Positions 9,160 through 17,594 of a stretch of 64,000 nucleotides of DNA are shown one piece after another (within the stretch, counting starts at the first letter, position 1; each line of letters starts with the position of its first letter). The position numbers were made by a program, and so were the translations under genes. The notes beneath the pieces were generated by a model. That model was given only the letters and a program-made list of their open reading frames with translations. It made no database searches and had not been told where the DNA came from. The stretch is from positions 33,975 to 97,974 of the forward strand of contig JAZLAV010000018.1 of assembly GCA_045613315.1 (NCBI GenBank), written 5' to 3'. Origin of the DNA: Candidatus Enterousia sp. (GTDB taxonomy: Bacteria; Pseudomonadota; Alphaproteobacteria; Rs-D84).

Positions 9160-9894
9160 CTATTCGTTTCCGATAACGAATGCGTTCAACGGGTCGTCAT
9201 CGCCCGTTTCAACAGAATATCCTGTGACCCGCAACCCCAATGGATTTTCCATGTGGTCTGTCCATTTGGTGCTTTGGGTATTATCGGGTTCCACCTTTAC
9301 TTTTATTCTATAATCTTTTCGGTCGGTCTGTCCATAACTATTTGTGCAGAACCATTTAAAATCAACCGTATATGTTGTTCCGTCGGCTGTGTATTTCGTG
9401 ATACCACCCTGGGAAAATTCCACAGAACACGAAAACCCAAAATTGCCGTCAACACCATTGGCCGTGTTCAACAGATATTCTTGATACATCGCGGTATTGG
9501 CAAACCCGGCATAGACGTCGGACGATGACATTGTTCTGATACGGTTCCAATTGTTCGTCATAATGCGAATGTTTGGGTCGATTTCGTTTCTAGTTTTTAT
9601 ATATTCGGCAATAAATGCGCGTTTGTATTCGTCCAAACCGTCAACATCGGGCATAACCTTGGTTAATGTAATTTCGGTATTTGTTGGGTTCGCAGACCGC
9701 AGAAAGAACACCTCGGGCCGGTCCAGTGGGAACATTTTGTACAATGTCACCGCCATTGCGGCCAAAACAACCAACGTTGTCGCAAAGACAAGCATTAAAA
9801 CCCGAGATAGCAAAATTGGCGGTTCTATGCGGTTTTGCACGGTTTCTCCCCCTTGTGTATGTTGATTGTAGACAAAATCGCGGTGGTGGTGCAA
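9160..9894 (-). CDS. virB8: type IV secretion system protein VirB8/TrbF family
   Basis: Bitopic: a cytoplasmic N-terminus, one TM (VLMLVFATTLVVLAAMAVTLY), and a periplasmic NTF2-like domain with the VirB8 NPxG motif (ENPLGLRVTGYSV). Confidence 0.75.
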   Translation of the reverse strand: MHHHRDFVYNQHTQGGETVQNRIEPPILLSRVLMLVFATTLVVLAAMAVTLYKMFPLDRPEVFFLRSANPTNTEITLTKVMPDVDGLDEYKRAFIAEYIKTRNEIDPNIRIMTNNWNRIRTMSSSDVYAGFANTAMYQEYLLNTANGVDGNFGFSCSVEFSQGGITKYTADGTTYTVDFKWFCTNSYGQTDRKDYRIKVKVEPDNTQSTKWTDHMENPLGLRVTGYSVETGDDDPLNAFVIGNE

Positions 9895-9945
9895 GTAAAA
9901 ATTACAATATTTTTAGATTTTACAAAAGATAATGTTAATTTTTGC

Positions 9946-9974
9946 TTGCACAAAAATATTTAAAACAATATAAT
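9946..9974 (+). promoter_or_regulatory. sigma70-like promoter for tRNA-Trp-secE-nusG
   Basis: TTGCAC, 17-nt spacer, TATAAT; about 90 nt upstream of tRNA-Trp. The same region is divergent to the virB8 operon. Confidence 0.5.
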
Positions 9975-10066
9975 ATTTCCACTTGATTTTTTATAATGAC
10001 GTGGTATCTTAGCGCAGACTATTGGGGTATTGCGGCATAAATCGGGCGATATTGTATGGTTATCAC

Positions 10067-10140
10067 AGGGGCATAGTTCAACGGTAGAATATCGGTCTCC
10101 AAAACCGCGGATGAGGGTTCGATTCCTTCTGCCCCTGCCA
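10067..10140 (+). tRNA. trnW: tRNA-Trp (anticodon CCA)
   Basis: Cloverleaf by eye: acceptor AGGGGCA/TGCCCCT, anticodon loop CTCCAAA, T-loop GTTCGATTC, encoded CCA end. It lies in the canonical position before secE-nusG. Confidence 0.85.
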
Positions 10141-10191
10141 GAAATCTGGCGCAAAAACAATGGTCGCAAAAGAAAAAATTGGATGATTTTT

Positions 10192-10371
10192 ATGAAAAAA
10201 ATACTGGAATATATTAATTCTGTGCGTGGCGAATGGTTCAAGATTGTTTGGCCGTCGCGCGATGATGTTTTTCGTGCAACGATAATGATTCTGGTGTTTT
10301 CTGGATTGGCTGCATTGTTCTTTTTCTTGGTTGACAGTGCGCTTAATTCGATTGTTGGTTGGATTTTCTAA
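10192..10371 (+). CDS. secE: preprotein translocase subunit SecE
   Basis: MKKILEYINSVRGEWFKIVWPSRDDVFRATIMILVF... matches the SecE C-terminal TM region (E. coli ...KVTWPSRKEV...). The alternative ATG at 10183 is in frame. Confidence 0.8.
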   Translation: MKKILEYINSVRGEWFKIVWPSRDDVFRATIMILVFSGLAALFFFLVDSALNSIVGWIF

Positions 10372-10395
10372 GAACACAGGCCAAAGGAAGTATAA

Positions 10396-10929
10396 ATGGA
10401 AGAAAAAATGCAATGGTTTGTTGTAAATGTTCATACAGGTTGCGAAGACAAGGTCGCCCGTGGTTTGCGTGAACAAATTGATAAACGTCGCCTTAACGCA
10501 TTTTTTGGCGAGATTTTGGTCCCCACTCGTGAAGTCATAGAAATCAAGGCGGGTAAACGCGTTAAATCCGAAAAGAAGTTTTTTCCGGGTTATATCGTGG
10601 TCCAGATGATTATGAATAACGAAACGTTTTCGTTGGTAAAACTGATGCCCCAGGTGGTTATGTTCCTGGGTGCACGTCAAAAACCAATTCCAGTCAGCGA
10701 AGAAGAAGCGCGTCGTCTTATCAAACAGGTAGAAGAAGGCGTAGTTGCTGTTGATGATATTTCGTACGAAGTTGGCCAAGAAGTTCATGTTATCGACGGT
10801 CCGTTTGCGGGATTCAATGGTGTTATTTCCGAATCGGACAACCTGAAACAGAAAATGACGGTTACCATTTTGGTATTTGGCCGTGAAACAAGTGTTGAAT
10901 TAGATTTTACCCAGGTGGAAAAAATCTAG
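10396..10929 (+). CDS. nusG: transcription termination/antitermination factor NusG
   Basis: 177 aa. ...FFPGYIVVQMIMNNETFSLVKLMPQVVMFLG... and the C-terminal KOW IDGPFAGFNGVISE...VELDFTQVEKI are near-identical in pattern to E. coli NusG. Confidence 0.9.
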   Translation: MEEKMQWFVVNVHTGCEDKVARGLREQIDKRRLNAFFGEILVPTREVIEIKAGKRVKSEKKFFPGYIVVQMIMNNETFSLVKLMPQVVMFLGARQKPIPVSEEEARRLIKQVEEGVVAVDDISYEVGQEVHVIDGPFAGFNGVISESDNLKQKMTVTILVFGRETSVELDFTQVEKI

Positions 10930-11028
10930 GGCTGGCACAGTGAGTTTTCGCGATTTAGTAAAATCGCACAATCGTGGTAGATGCGCCACATCGCACCACA
11001 ACACAACAAACAAAAATGGAGTGAAATT

Positions 11029-11460
11029 ATGGCAAAAAAAGAAGTCAAGGGATTGGTCAAATTGGTCGTCCCGGCAAAACAAGCAAATCCAGCGCCACCG
11101 ATTGGGCCGGCATTGGGTGCGGCGGGTGTTAATATCGCCGAATTCTGTAAACAATTTAATGACAAAACCGCAGACAAAGAACCAGGTATGCCGATTCCGT
11201 GCATTATCACGGTTTATACCGACCGCAGTTTCGAATTCATTATGAAATTGCCACCGGTGTCTTACTATATTAAAAAGGCACTGAAATTGAAAATCGGTTC
11301 GCACAAGCCGGGTCGCGATTTTGTTGGTACAATCACAAAAGATCAAATCAAGCAAATTGCCGAGGCTAAAATGCCGGATCTTAATTGCTCTACCGTTGAA
11401 TCGGCCATGAATATTGTCGCCGGTCAATGTCGTTCTATGGGTGTAAAGGTGGAGGAATAA
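11029..11460 (+). CDS. rplK: 50S ribosomal protein L11
   Basis: [44 protein letters not shown]... The ORF-track start at 10981 is an upstream in-frame extension; the true start is the MAKK ATG. Confidence 0.9.
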   Translation: MAKKEVKGLVKLVVPAKQANPAPPIGPALGAAGVNIAEFCKQFNDKTADKEPGMPIPCIITVYTDRSFEFIMKLPPVSYYIKKALKLKIGSHKPGRDFVGTITKDQIKQIAEAKMPDLNCSTVESAMNIVAGQCRSMGVKVEE

Positions 11461-11463
11461 GAT

Positions 11464-12138
11464 ATGAAAGCTACTAAAAGACAACAGACTTGGACAGCAT
11501 TAGACAAAGAAAAAGTCTATTCCATTGCGGATGCAATTGAAGCGTTGCGTCCGTTTGCATCCAAGAAGTTTGATGAAAGTTTGGAAATCGCAATCCGTTT
11601 GGGTATTGATGTGACCAAGGCCGACCAGAACATTCGTGGAATGTTGTCGTTGCCAAATGGTACCGGTAAAAAGGTCCGTGTTGCGGTCTTTACCGTTAAT
11701 TCCCAGGACGATGCCAAAAAGGCTGGCGCCGATGTTGTTGGTGGCGAAGAATTAATCGAAGCCGTGGCAAATGGCCAAATTAATTTCGACCGTGTTATCG
11801 CAACACCGGATATGATGCCAAAAATGTCCAAGGTCGCACGTGTTTTGGGCCCCAAGGGTTTGATGCCGAATCCAAAATTGGGTACGGTCACAAACAATGT
11901 TGCCGAAGCAGTCAAAATTGCCAAGGCGGGCCAAATTGAATATCGTGCCGAAAAGAAGGGCATTATTCACGCCGGTATTGGTAAAATGTCGTTCACGACG
12001 GAACAATTGGTTGAAAATGCAAATGCGTTGATTGATCAATTGAAAAAGGTTAAACCATCATCGACCAAGGGCCAGTATATATTGGGTGCGGCGGTTGCCA
12101 CAACCCAGGGACCGGGTCTGAAAGTTGATGTAAAATAA
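11464..12138 (+). CDS. rplA: 50S ribosomal protein L1
   Basis: 224 aa L1 signature sequence, immediately after rplK. Confidence 0.9.
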   Translation: MKATKRQQTWTALDKEKVYSIADAIEALRPFASKKFDESLEIAIRLGIDVTKADQNIRGMLSLPNGTGKKVRVAVFTVNSQDDAKKAGADVVGGEELIEAVANGQINFDRVIATPDMMPKMSKVARVLGPKGLMPNPKLGTVTNNVAEAVKIAKAGQIEYRAEKKGIIHAGIGKMSFTTEQLVENANALIDQLKKVKPSSTKGQYILGAAVATTQGPGLKVDVK

Positions 12139-12324
12139 TAATTCGGTTCGGACAAATGTCTGAACCGAAAACGAGATTTCTGTCCAAGACTGATGGTGTC
12201 GTGGAAATCACGGCTTAATTGCCATCATAGACAAAGAAACAATTCTTTGGGGCAGGAACCAAGAGCCCCATCTGGATGAAAGTCCGGTGGAAAGTTGAAC
12301 AAAACGAAGAAGTAAGGGTATAAG
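12139..12324 (+). promoter_or_regulatory. rplA terminator/attenuator hairpin plus rplJ (L10) leader
   Basis: Hairpin ttcggttcggacaaatgtctgaaccgaa just after the rplA stop, followed by about 150 nt of untranslated leader before rplJ. This is the position of the L10(L12)4 autoregulatory leader in other bacteria (established knowledge; the structure was not modelled here). Confidence 0.4.
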
Positions 12325-12804
12325 ATGAGACGCGAAGAAAAATCAGATTTGATTTCAGCGTTGCAGTCGTCGCTTCAGGGTGCAAACGGTGTTTTCGTCG
12401 TCGAAAACAATGGTTTGACAGTTAAAGAATTCGAAGCCCTGCGTAATGAATTACGTCCATTGGTTTCGATTTTCAAAGTTGTCAAAAACCGTTTGATGAA
12501 ATTGGCATTGAAAGATACCGATTTCGAAGCTGTATCCGATATGATGAAACGTCCGACCGCGGTTGCCGTTGCAACCGATGCGCTGGCCGTGACCAAGGTT
12601 TTGGCCAAGTTTGCAGAAGATCACGCAAACCTGAACATTATCGGTGGTAAAATGGATGCAGACGTCTTGGACAAAGACGGCATTGTGCAATTATCCAAGC
12701 TTCCGTCGCTGTTGGAAATTCGTGGTACAATCGCGCGTATATTGGTCGAACCAGCATCGCGCCTGGCACGTGTTTCAGCAGAGTATGGAAAAAAGAATCA
12801 ATAA
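12325..12804 (+). CDS. rplJ: 50S ribosomal protein L10
   Basis: 159 aa; position and sequence (…VVKNRLMKLALKDT…) typical of L10. Confidence 0.85.
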   Translation: MRREEKSDLISALQSSLQGANGVFVVENNGLTVKEFEALRNELRPLVSIFKVVKNRLMKLALKDTDFEAVSDMMKRPTAVAVATDALAVTKVLAKFAEDHANLNIIGGKMDADVLDKDGIVQLSKLPSLLEIRGTIARILVEPASRLARVSAEYGKKNQ

Positions 12805-12827
12805 AAACCTGAATAAGGAGTATTAAA

Positions 12828-13193
12828 ATGGCAGACATTCAGAAATTAGTTGAAGAATTGTCAAAATTGAGTGTTTTGGAAGCGGTTGAACTGTCCAAAG
12901 CATTGGAAGAAACATGGGGTGTTAGTGCCGCCGCCGCAGTTGCAGTTGCAGCCGGTCCAGCAACAGCCGCCGCCGAAGAAAAGACAGAATTTGATGTAGT
13001 TTTGTCGGATGTTGGCGCAAACAAATTGGCTGTTATCAAAGCGGTTAAAGACATCACTGGTTTGGGATTGGGCGAAGCCAAGGCTTTGGTCGAATCTGCA
13101 CCAAAGGCAATCAAAGAAGCCGTTGCCAAAGATGAAGCCGATAAAATGAAGGCGACATTAGAAGCAGCCGGTGCAAAAGTTGATTTGAAATAA
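12828..13193 (+). CDS. rplL: 50S ribosomal protein L7/L12
   Basis: 121 aa. N-terminal dimerisation helix, Ala-rich hinge ([19 protein letters not shown]), and the C-terminal domain ...[32 protein letters not shown]... Confidence 0.9.
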   Translation: MADIQKLVEELSKLSVLEAVELSKALEETWGVSAAAAVAVAAGPATAAAEEKTEFDVVLSDVGANKLAVIKAVKDITGLGLGEAKALVESAPKAIKEAVAKDEADKMKATLEAAGAKVDLK

Positions 13194-13196
13194 TCA

Positions 13197-13253
13197 AAAC
13201 CCGCGAACACGCGGTTCGTGTTCAAAGAAAATCCCAAACCAAATGGTTTGGGT
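13197..13253 (+). terminator. rplL-rpoB intergenic attenuator (two hairpins)
   Basis: ccgcgaacacgcgg and cccaaaccaaatggtttggg hairpins between the rplL stop and rpoB, without a long T-run. This is consistent with the known partial terminator at this position. Confidence 0.4.
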
Positions 13254-13358
13254 CACTCAAGTGCCCACCAAGGATAAAATCCACGGTGGGCAAATGGGCG
13301 TAAAAAACAAAACAAAAATTTTGTTTGCAAAACGCAAAAATATAAAGGATAGAAACCC

Positions 13359-16300
13359 ATGGCCGTTATCCAGAAATTTAGAAAATCGTTTGGTAAAAGT
13401 TTTTTGCAAACTCCGCTTCCCGATTTAGTCGAAATTCAATATAATTCCTATAAAGACTTTTTACAGGCGGATGTCGAACCGCAAAATCGCAAGAATATGG
13501 GATTGCAGAACGTGTTTTCGTCCATGTTCCCAATCAAAGATTATGCGGGGATTGCAGACCTGGAATTCGTTGAATATACATTGGATAAACCTGTGTATAA
13601 CGTCAAGGAATGCATGCTGCGTAATATGACATATTCCAGCAAATTGAAATTGAAATTAAGATTGATTCTTTGGGATATCGCCGAAGATGGTAAAAAAACA
13701 CTGCGCGATATCAAAGAACAAGAGATATTTATGGGCGAAGTGCCGTTAATGACCGAACGCGGCAGTTTCATTGCATCCGGTGTTGAACGTGTTATCGTTT
13801 CACAAATGCATCGTGCCCAGGGTGTTGTTTTCGCAACCACCAAGGAAGCCAAGGTTGCAGGCAATCCAGTGACATATACGGCGCGTATCATCCCGGAACA
13901 TGGTTCTTGGATCGATTTCGAAGAAGCCAAGGGTGTCATTTATGTTCGTATTGATCGTCGTCGCAAGATTCCGGCGACGGTGTTGTTGCGTTGTCTGCCG
14001 GCGGCCGAAGACGAAAAGAAATGGGCGGCGGATCCACGCAAACAAAATATTCGTGGAATGTCCGATTCAGAAATACTGTCTGCGTTCTATAACCGTATCG
14101 CGTTAAAGTTCGATGGCAAAATGTGGATTGGCGACACAAATGCATTTGAAGGTTTGGATAAATACCGTTTGAATTATGATTTGATTAACCCACGGGATAA
14201 AAAAACATTGGCATCCAAGGGTGATCGTTTAACCGCAAAACGTTTGTCCAAAATCGTTTCTGCATCTAAAACATTTGGTATTTTGCCGGAATCGTTGGTT
14301 GGTGAATACCTGTTTGACCCGATTATGAATGGTGATGAAGTTCTGTATTCAGCGGGTACGGAAATTACCGAAGAAATCTTGTCTGATTTGGATAAATTGG
14401 GTGTCAAAGAAATATCGTTGATTTCCATCGATAATGCGACAATTACTGCACATATGCGCAATACATTGTTCGCAGACAAAACAACAAATCGTGAAGAAGC
14501 GTTGATTGAAATTTATAATATTATCCGTCCGGGAGAACGCCCAACGGTCGAAGCGGCAATCAACCTTTTCCAACGCCAGGGATTTGACCCCGCATACTAT
14601 GATTTGTCGGCGGTTGGTCGTTTCAAGATGAACAAACGTCTTAAAATAGATTCCGGGAAACGCCCAGAAGATGATCGTTTGTTGACCAAGGCGGATTTCT
14701 TGGCTGTGTTAAAGACATTAACAAATATCATTGACCACAAAGACACAATAGACGATATTGACAACCTGTCGAATCGTCGTGTTCGCGCGGTTGGTGAATT
14801 GCTGGAACAAAATTTCCGCACGGGTATGTTGCGGATTGAACGTTTGGTCCGCGAAGCATTAAGCAGCCCGAATATCGCGACAATGCAACCCCAAGATGTT
14901 ATTAACGTTAAACCGTTGATGAGTTTGGTTTCCGAATTCTTGGGAACTTCACAGTTGTCGCAATTTATGGACGCATATAATCCGTTGTCTGAATTGGAAC
15001 ACAAGCGTTTGATTTCGGCATTGGGGCCGGGTGGGTTAAATCGTGAACGTGCCGGCATCGATGTCCGCGACGTTCATCCGACACACTATGGTCGTTTGTG
15101 CCCGATTCATACACCCGAAGGTGCGAACATTGGTCTGATTTCGCACATGGCAACCTATGCACGCGTGAATCCGTATGGATTTATTGAAACGCCGTACTAT
15201 GTTGTCGAAAACAGTCGCGTCACAGACAAAATTGTATATTTGACGGCCGATGAAGAATTGGGGCACAAAATTGCCCAGGGTAATACCCCGACATCCGACA
15301 AGGGGATTTTGGCCGACGATATGGTGACGGCGCGTGTTGATGGCGAATTTACCATGGTACCAAAAGAAGAAATCGACCTTATTGACGTTGCCCCACGCCA
15401 GGTGGTGTCCATCGCAACCGGTTTAATCCCGTTCGTTGAAAACGATGACGCGAACCGTGCGTTGATGGGGTCGAACATGCAACGCCAGGGTGTACCACTT
15501 ATGCGGGTCCAGGCCCCATTGGTTGGAACCGGCATTGAACGCGAGGTTGCGCGCGATTCCCGCACGGGTGTTGTTGCCAAACATGCCGGCGTCGTTGAAT
15601 CAGTTGATGCAAATCGTATCGTTGTTAAATGTATGAACAGCCGTAATGTTGTGACGGGTGTTGATATTTACAACCTGGAAAAATTCGAACGCAGCAACAG
15701 TGAAACATTGATTCACCAAAAACCGTTGGTCAAGGTTGGCGATCGTATTGGCGCCGGCGACATTATCGCGGACGGTTCGTCAATGAATTATGGTGAATTG
15801 GCGTTGGGTCGCAATGTGTTGGTTGCATTTTTGCCGTGGCGCGGATACAACTATGAAGACGCTATTGTGATTAGTGAACGTATTTCACGTGATGACGCGT
15901 TTACATCAATCAAGATTGTTGAAAAAGAATTCAAGGTTCGTGATACGCAATTGGGCCCAGAAAGTTTCACACGCGACATTCCAAATGTCGGCGAAGAGGC
16001 ATTAAAGAATCTGGACGAATCTGGTATTATCTATGTCGGTGCACGTGTAAAACAGGGCGATATTTTGGTCGGTCGTGTTTCGCCAAAATCCGAAACATTG
16101 TTAACCCCAGAAGAAGCGTTGTTGCGCAACATCTTTGGTGAAAAGGCTTTGAATGTTAAGGATACATCACTGCGCGTTGGTCCAAACGAAGAAGGTACCG
16201 TTATCGGTGTGAACGTATTGACCCGCCATGGTGTCAAAAAAGACGAACGCACCCAGATGATTGAATTACAGAAAATCGAAAAGATTAACAAAGACCGCGA

Positions 16301-17495
16301 TGAAGAAACATCTATTATCGAAAAGGGCTTTGCGGATCAGATTTTCCAAATTGCAGAAAACGACATCATCGATGGTGGTACAGGGTCTTTGAAACCGTTC
16401 GTTGGTAAAAAATTGACCGCCGAAGTGTTCGAAGGTATCAAGGCCGCCGATGTTAAAAAATTGGTCGTCAAGAACAAAGAACATCAGGCTAAAATCGATG
16501 AATTGCGCGAACAACACGTCATTAAATTAAAAGAATTGAATGATCGTGCCGATGCGGAAATTGCCAAGGCAACCGAAAGCAATTCGTTGAATGCCGGGGT
16601 GTTGAAAGAAGTCAAGGTCTATATTGCACACAAAATGAAGTTGCAACCGGGTGATAAAATGGCCGGTCGTCACGGAAACAAGGGTATCGTTTCCACCGTC
16701 GTTCCAATCGAAAATATGCCATATATGGAAGATGGGACCCCGGTCGATATCGTATTGAACCCGTTGGGTGTGCCAAGTCGTATGAACATTGGCCAGATTT
16801 TGGAAACGCACCTTGGGATGGCGGCGCGTACCCTGGGCCAACAAATAGGCAAGGTTTTAGACGAAGTCAAGGCCAAACGTGCAGTCACAGATGATTTGCG
16901 TTCGATTATGGGAAAAATCTATGGCAAAGAGACGGCTGAAAAATTGGAAAAAATGACCGACACAGATGTTCGAGCAGAAGCGGCTTTGTTGCGTGACGGT
17001 GTTCCAATGGCAACGCCAACATTTGACGGTGCAACATCTGACGATATTCACAATATGCTGAAATTGGCGGGATTGCCAGAAACGGGTCAGTTCAACCTGT
17101 ACGATGGTATGACCGGTGAAAAGTTTGCACGTCCGGTGACCGTTGGTGTTATGTATATGATGAAATTGCACCACTTTGTTGATGAAAAGATTCACGCACG
17201 TTCCATCGGTAACTATTCGTTGGTGACGCAACAGCCGTTGTCTGGTAAAGCACACATGGGTGGCCAGCGTTTGGGCGAAATGGAGGTGTGGGCATTAGAA
17301 GCACACGGTGCGGCGCATCTGTTGCGAGAAATGCTGACCGTGAAATCTGACGATATTGCTGGACGTAACAAGATGTACGAATCCATCATATCGGGTTCAA
17401 CCGACATCCAAACCGGAACCCCAGAAGCGTTCAATGTGTTTGTTCGCGAACTGCGTGGGTTGGGATTGGCGATGACACCGAAAAAAATTGATTAG
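13359..17495 (+). CDS. rpoB: DNA-directed RNA polymerase subunit beta
   Basis: 1378 aa with conserved blocks throughout (…ARIIPEHGSWIDFE…, …GKVTPKGE-like GRVSPKSETLLTPEE…, …MAGRHGNKGIVS…). Confidence 0.95.
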   Translation: MAVIQKFRKSFGKSFLQTPLPDLVEIQYNSYKDFLQADVEPQNRKNMGLQNVFSSMFPIKDYAGIADLEFVEYTLDKPVYNVKECMLRNMTYSSKLKLKLRLILWDIAEDGKKTLRDIKEQEIFMGEVPLMTERGSFIASGVERVIVSQMHRAQGVVFATTKEAKVAGNPVTYTARIIPEHGSWIDFEEAKGVIYVRIDRRRKIPATVLLRCLPAAEDEKKWAADPRKQNIRGMSDSEILSAFYNRIALKFDGKMWIGDTNAFEGLDKYRLNYDLINPRDKKTLASKGDRLTAKRLSKIVSASKTFGILPESLVGEYLFDPIMNGDEVLYSAGTEITEEILSDLDKLGVKEISLISIDNATITAHMRNTLFADKTTNREEALIEIYNIIRPGERPTVEAAINLFQRQGFDPAYYDLSAVGRFKMNKRLKIDSGKRPEDDRLLTKADFLAVLKTLTNIIDHKDTIDDIDNLSNRRVRAVGELLEQNFRTGMLRIERLVREALSSPNIATMQPQDVINVKPLMSLVSEFLGTSQLSQFMDAYNPLSELEHKRLISALGPGGLNRERAGIDVRDVHPTHYGRLCPIHTPEGANIGLISHMATYARVNPYGFIETPYYVVENSRVTDKIVYLTADEELGHKIAQGNTPTSDKGILADDMVTARVDGEFTMVPKEEIDLIDVAPRQVVSIATGLIPFVENDDANRALMGSNMQRQGVPLMRVQAPLVGTGIEREVARDSRTGVVAKHAGVVESVDANRIVVKCMNSRNVVTGVDIYNLEKFERSNSETLIHQKPLVKVGDRIGAGDIIADGSSMNYGELALGRNVLVAFLPWRGYNYEDAIVISERISRDDAFTSIKIVEKEFKVRDTQLGPESFTRDIPNVGEEALKNLDESGIIYVGARVKQGDILVGRVSPKSETLLTPEEALLRNIFGEKALNVKDTSLRVGPNEEGTVIGVNVLTRHGVKKDERTQMIELQKIEKINKDRDEETSIIEKGFADQIFQIAENDIIDGGTGSLKPFVGKKLTAEVFEGIKAADVKKLVVKNKEHQAKIDELREQHVIKLKELNDRADAEIAKATESNSLNAGVLKEVKVYIAHKMKLQPGDKMAGRHGNKGIVSTVVPIENMPYMEDGTPVDIVLNPLGVPSRMNIGQILETHLGMAARTLGQQIGKVLDEVKAKRAVTDDLRSIMGKIYGKETAEKLEKMTDTDVRAEAALLRDGVPMATPTFDGATSDDIHNMLKLAGLPETGQFNLYDGMTGEKFARPVTVGVMYMMKLHHFVDEKIHARSIGNYSLVTQQPLSGKAHMGGQRLGEMEVWALEAHGAAHLLREMLTVKSDDIAGRNKMYESIISGSTDIQTGTPEAFNVFVRELRGLGLAMTPKKID

Positions 17496-17511
17496 TGGGC
17501 GGTATTAGTTT

Positions 17512-17531
17512 GTCGGCGTTTTTTCGCCGAC
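17512..17531 (+). terminator. hairpin after rpoB
   Basis: gtcggcgttttttcgccgac; weak or partial, because rpoC follows and is presumably co-transcribed. Confidence 0.3.
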
Positions 17532-17565
17532 ACTAACTACTAACACTAACCACTAACAACTAAAA
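17532..17565 (+). repeat. CA-rich ctaac-type low-complexity motif
   Basis: actaactactaacactaaccactaacaactaa. The 15-mer ctaacactaaccact recurs at about 50188-50204. Confidence 0.5.
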
Positions 17566-17594
17566 ATAAAAGCGACGAAAAGGAGCTAGTAAAT

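Noticed and set aside
8758-9528. 256-aa plus-strand ORF
   Set aside because: Antisense across the virB9/virB8 junction.
10078-10788. 236-aa minus-strand ORF
   Set aside because: It runs antisense across tRNA-Trp, secE and the 5' part of nusG. It has no RBS or motif and is a typical shadow ORF.
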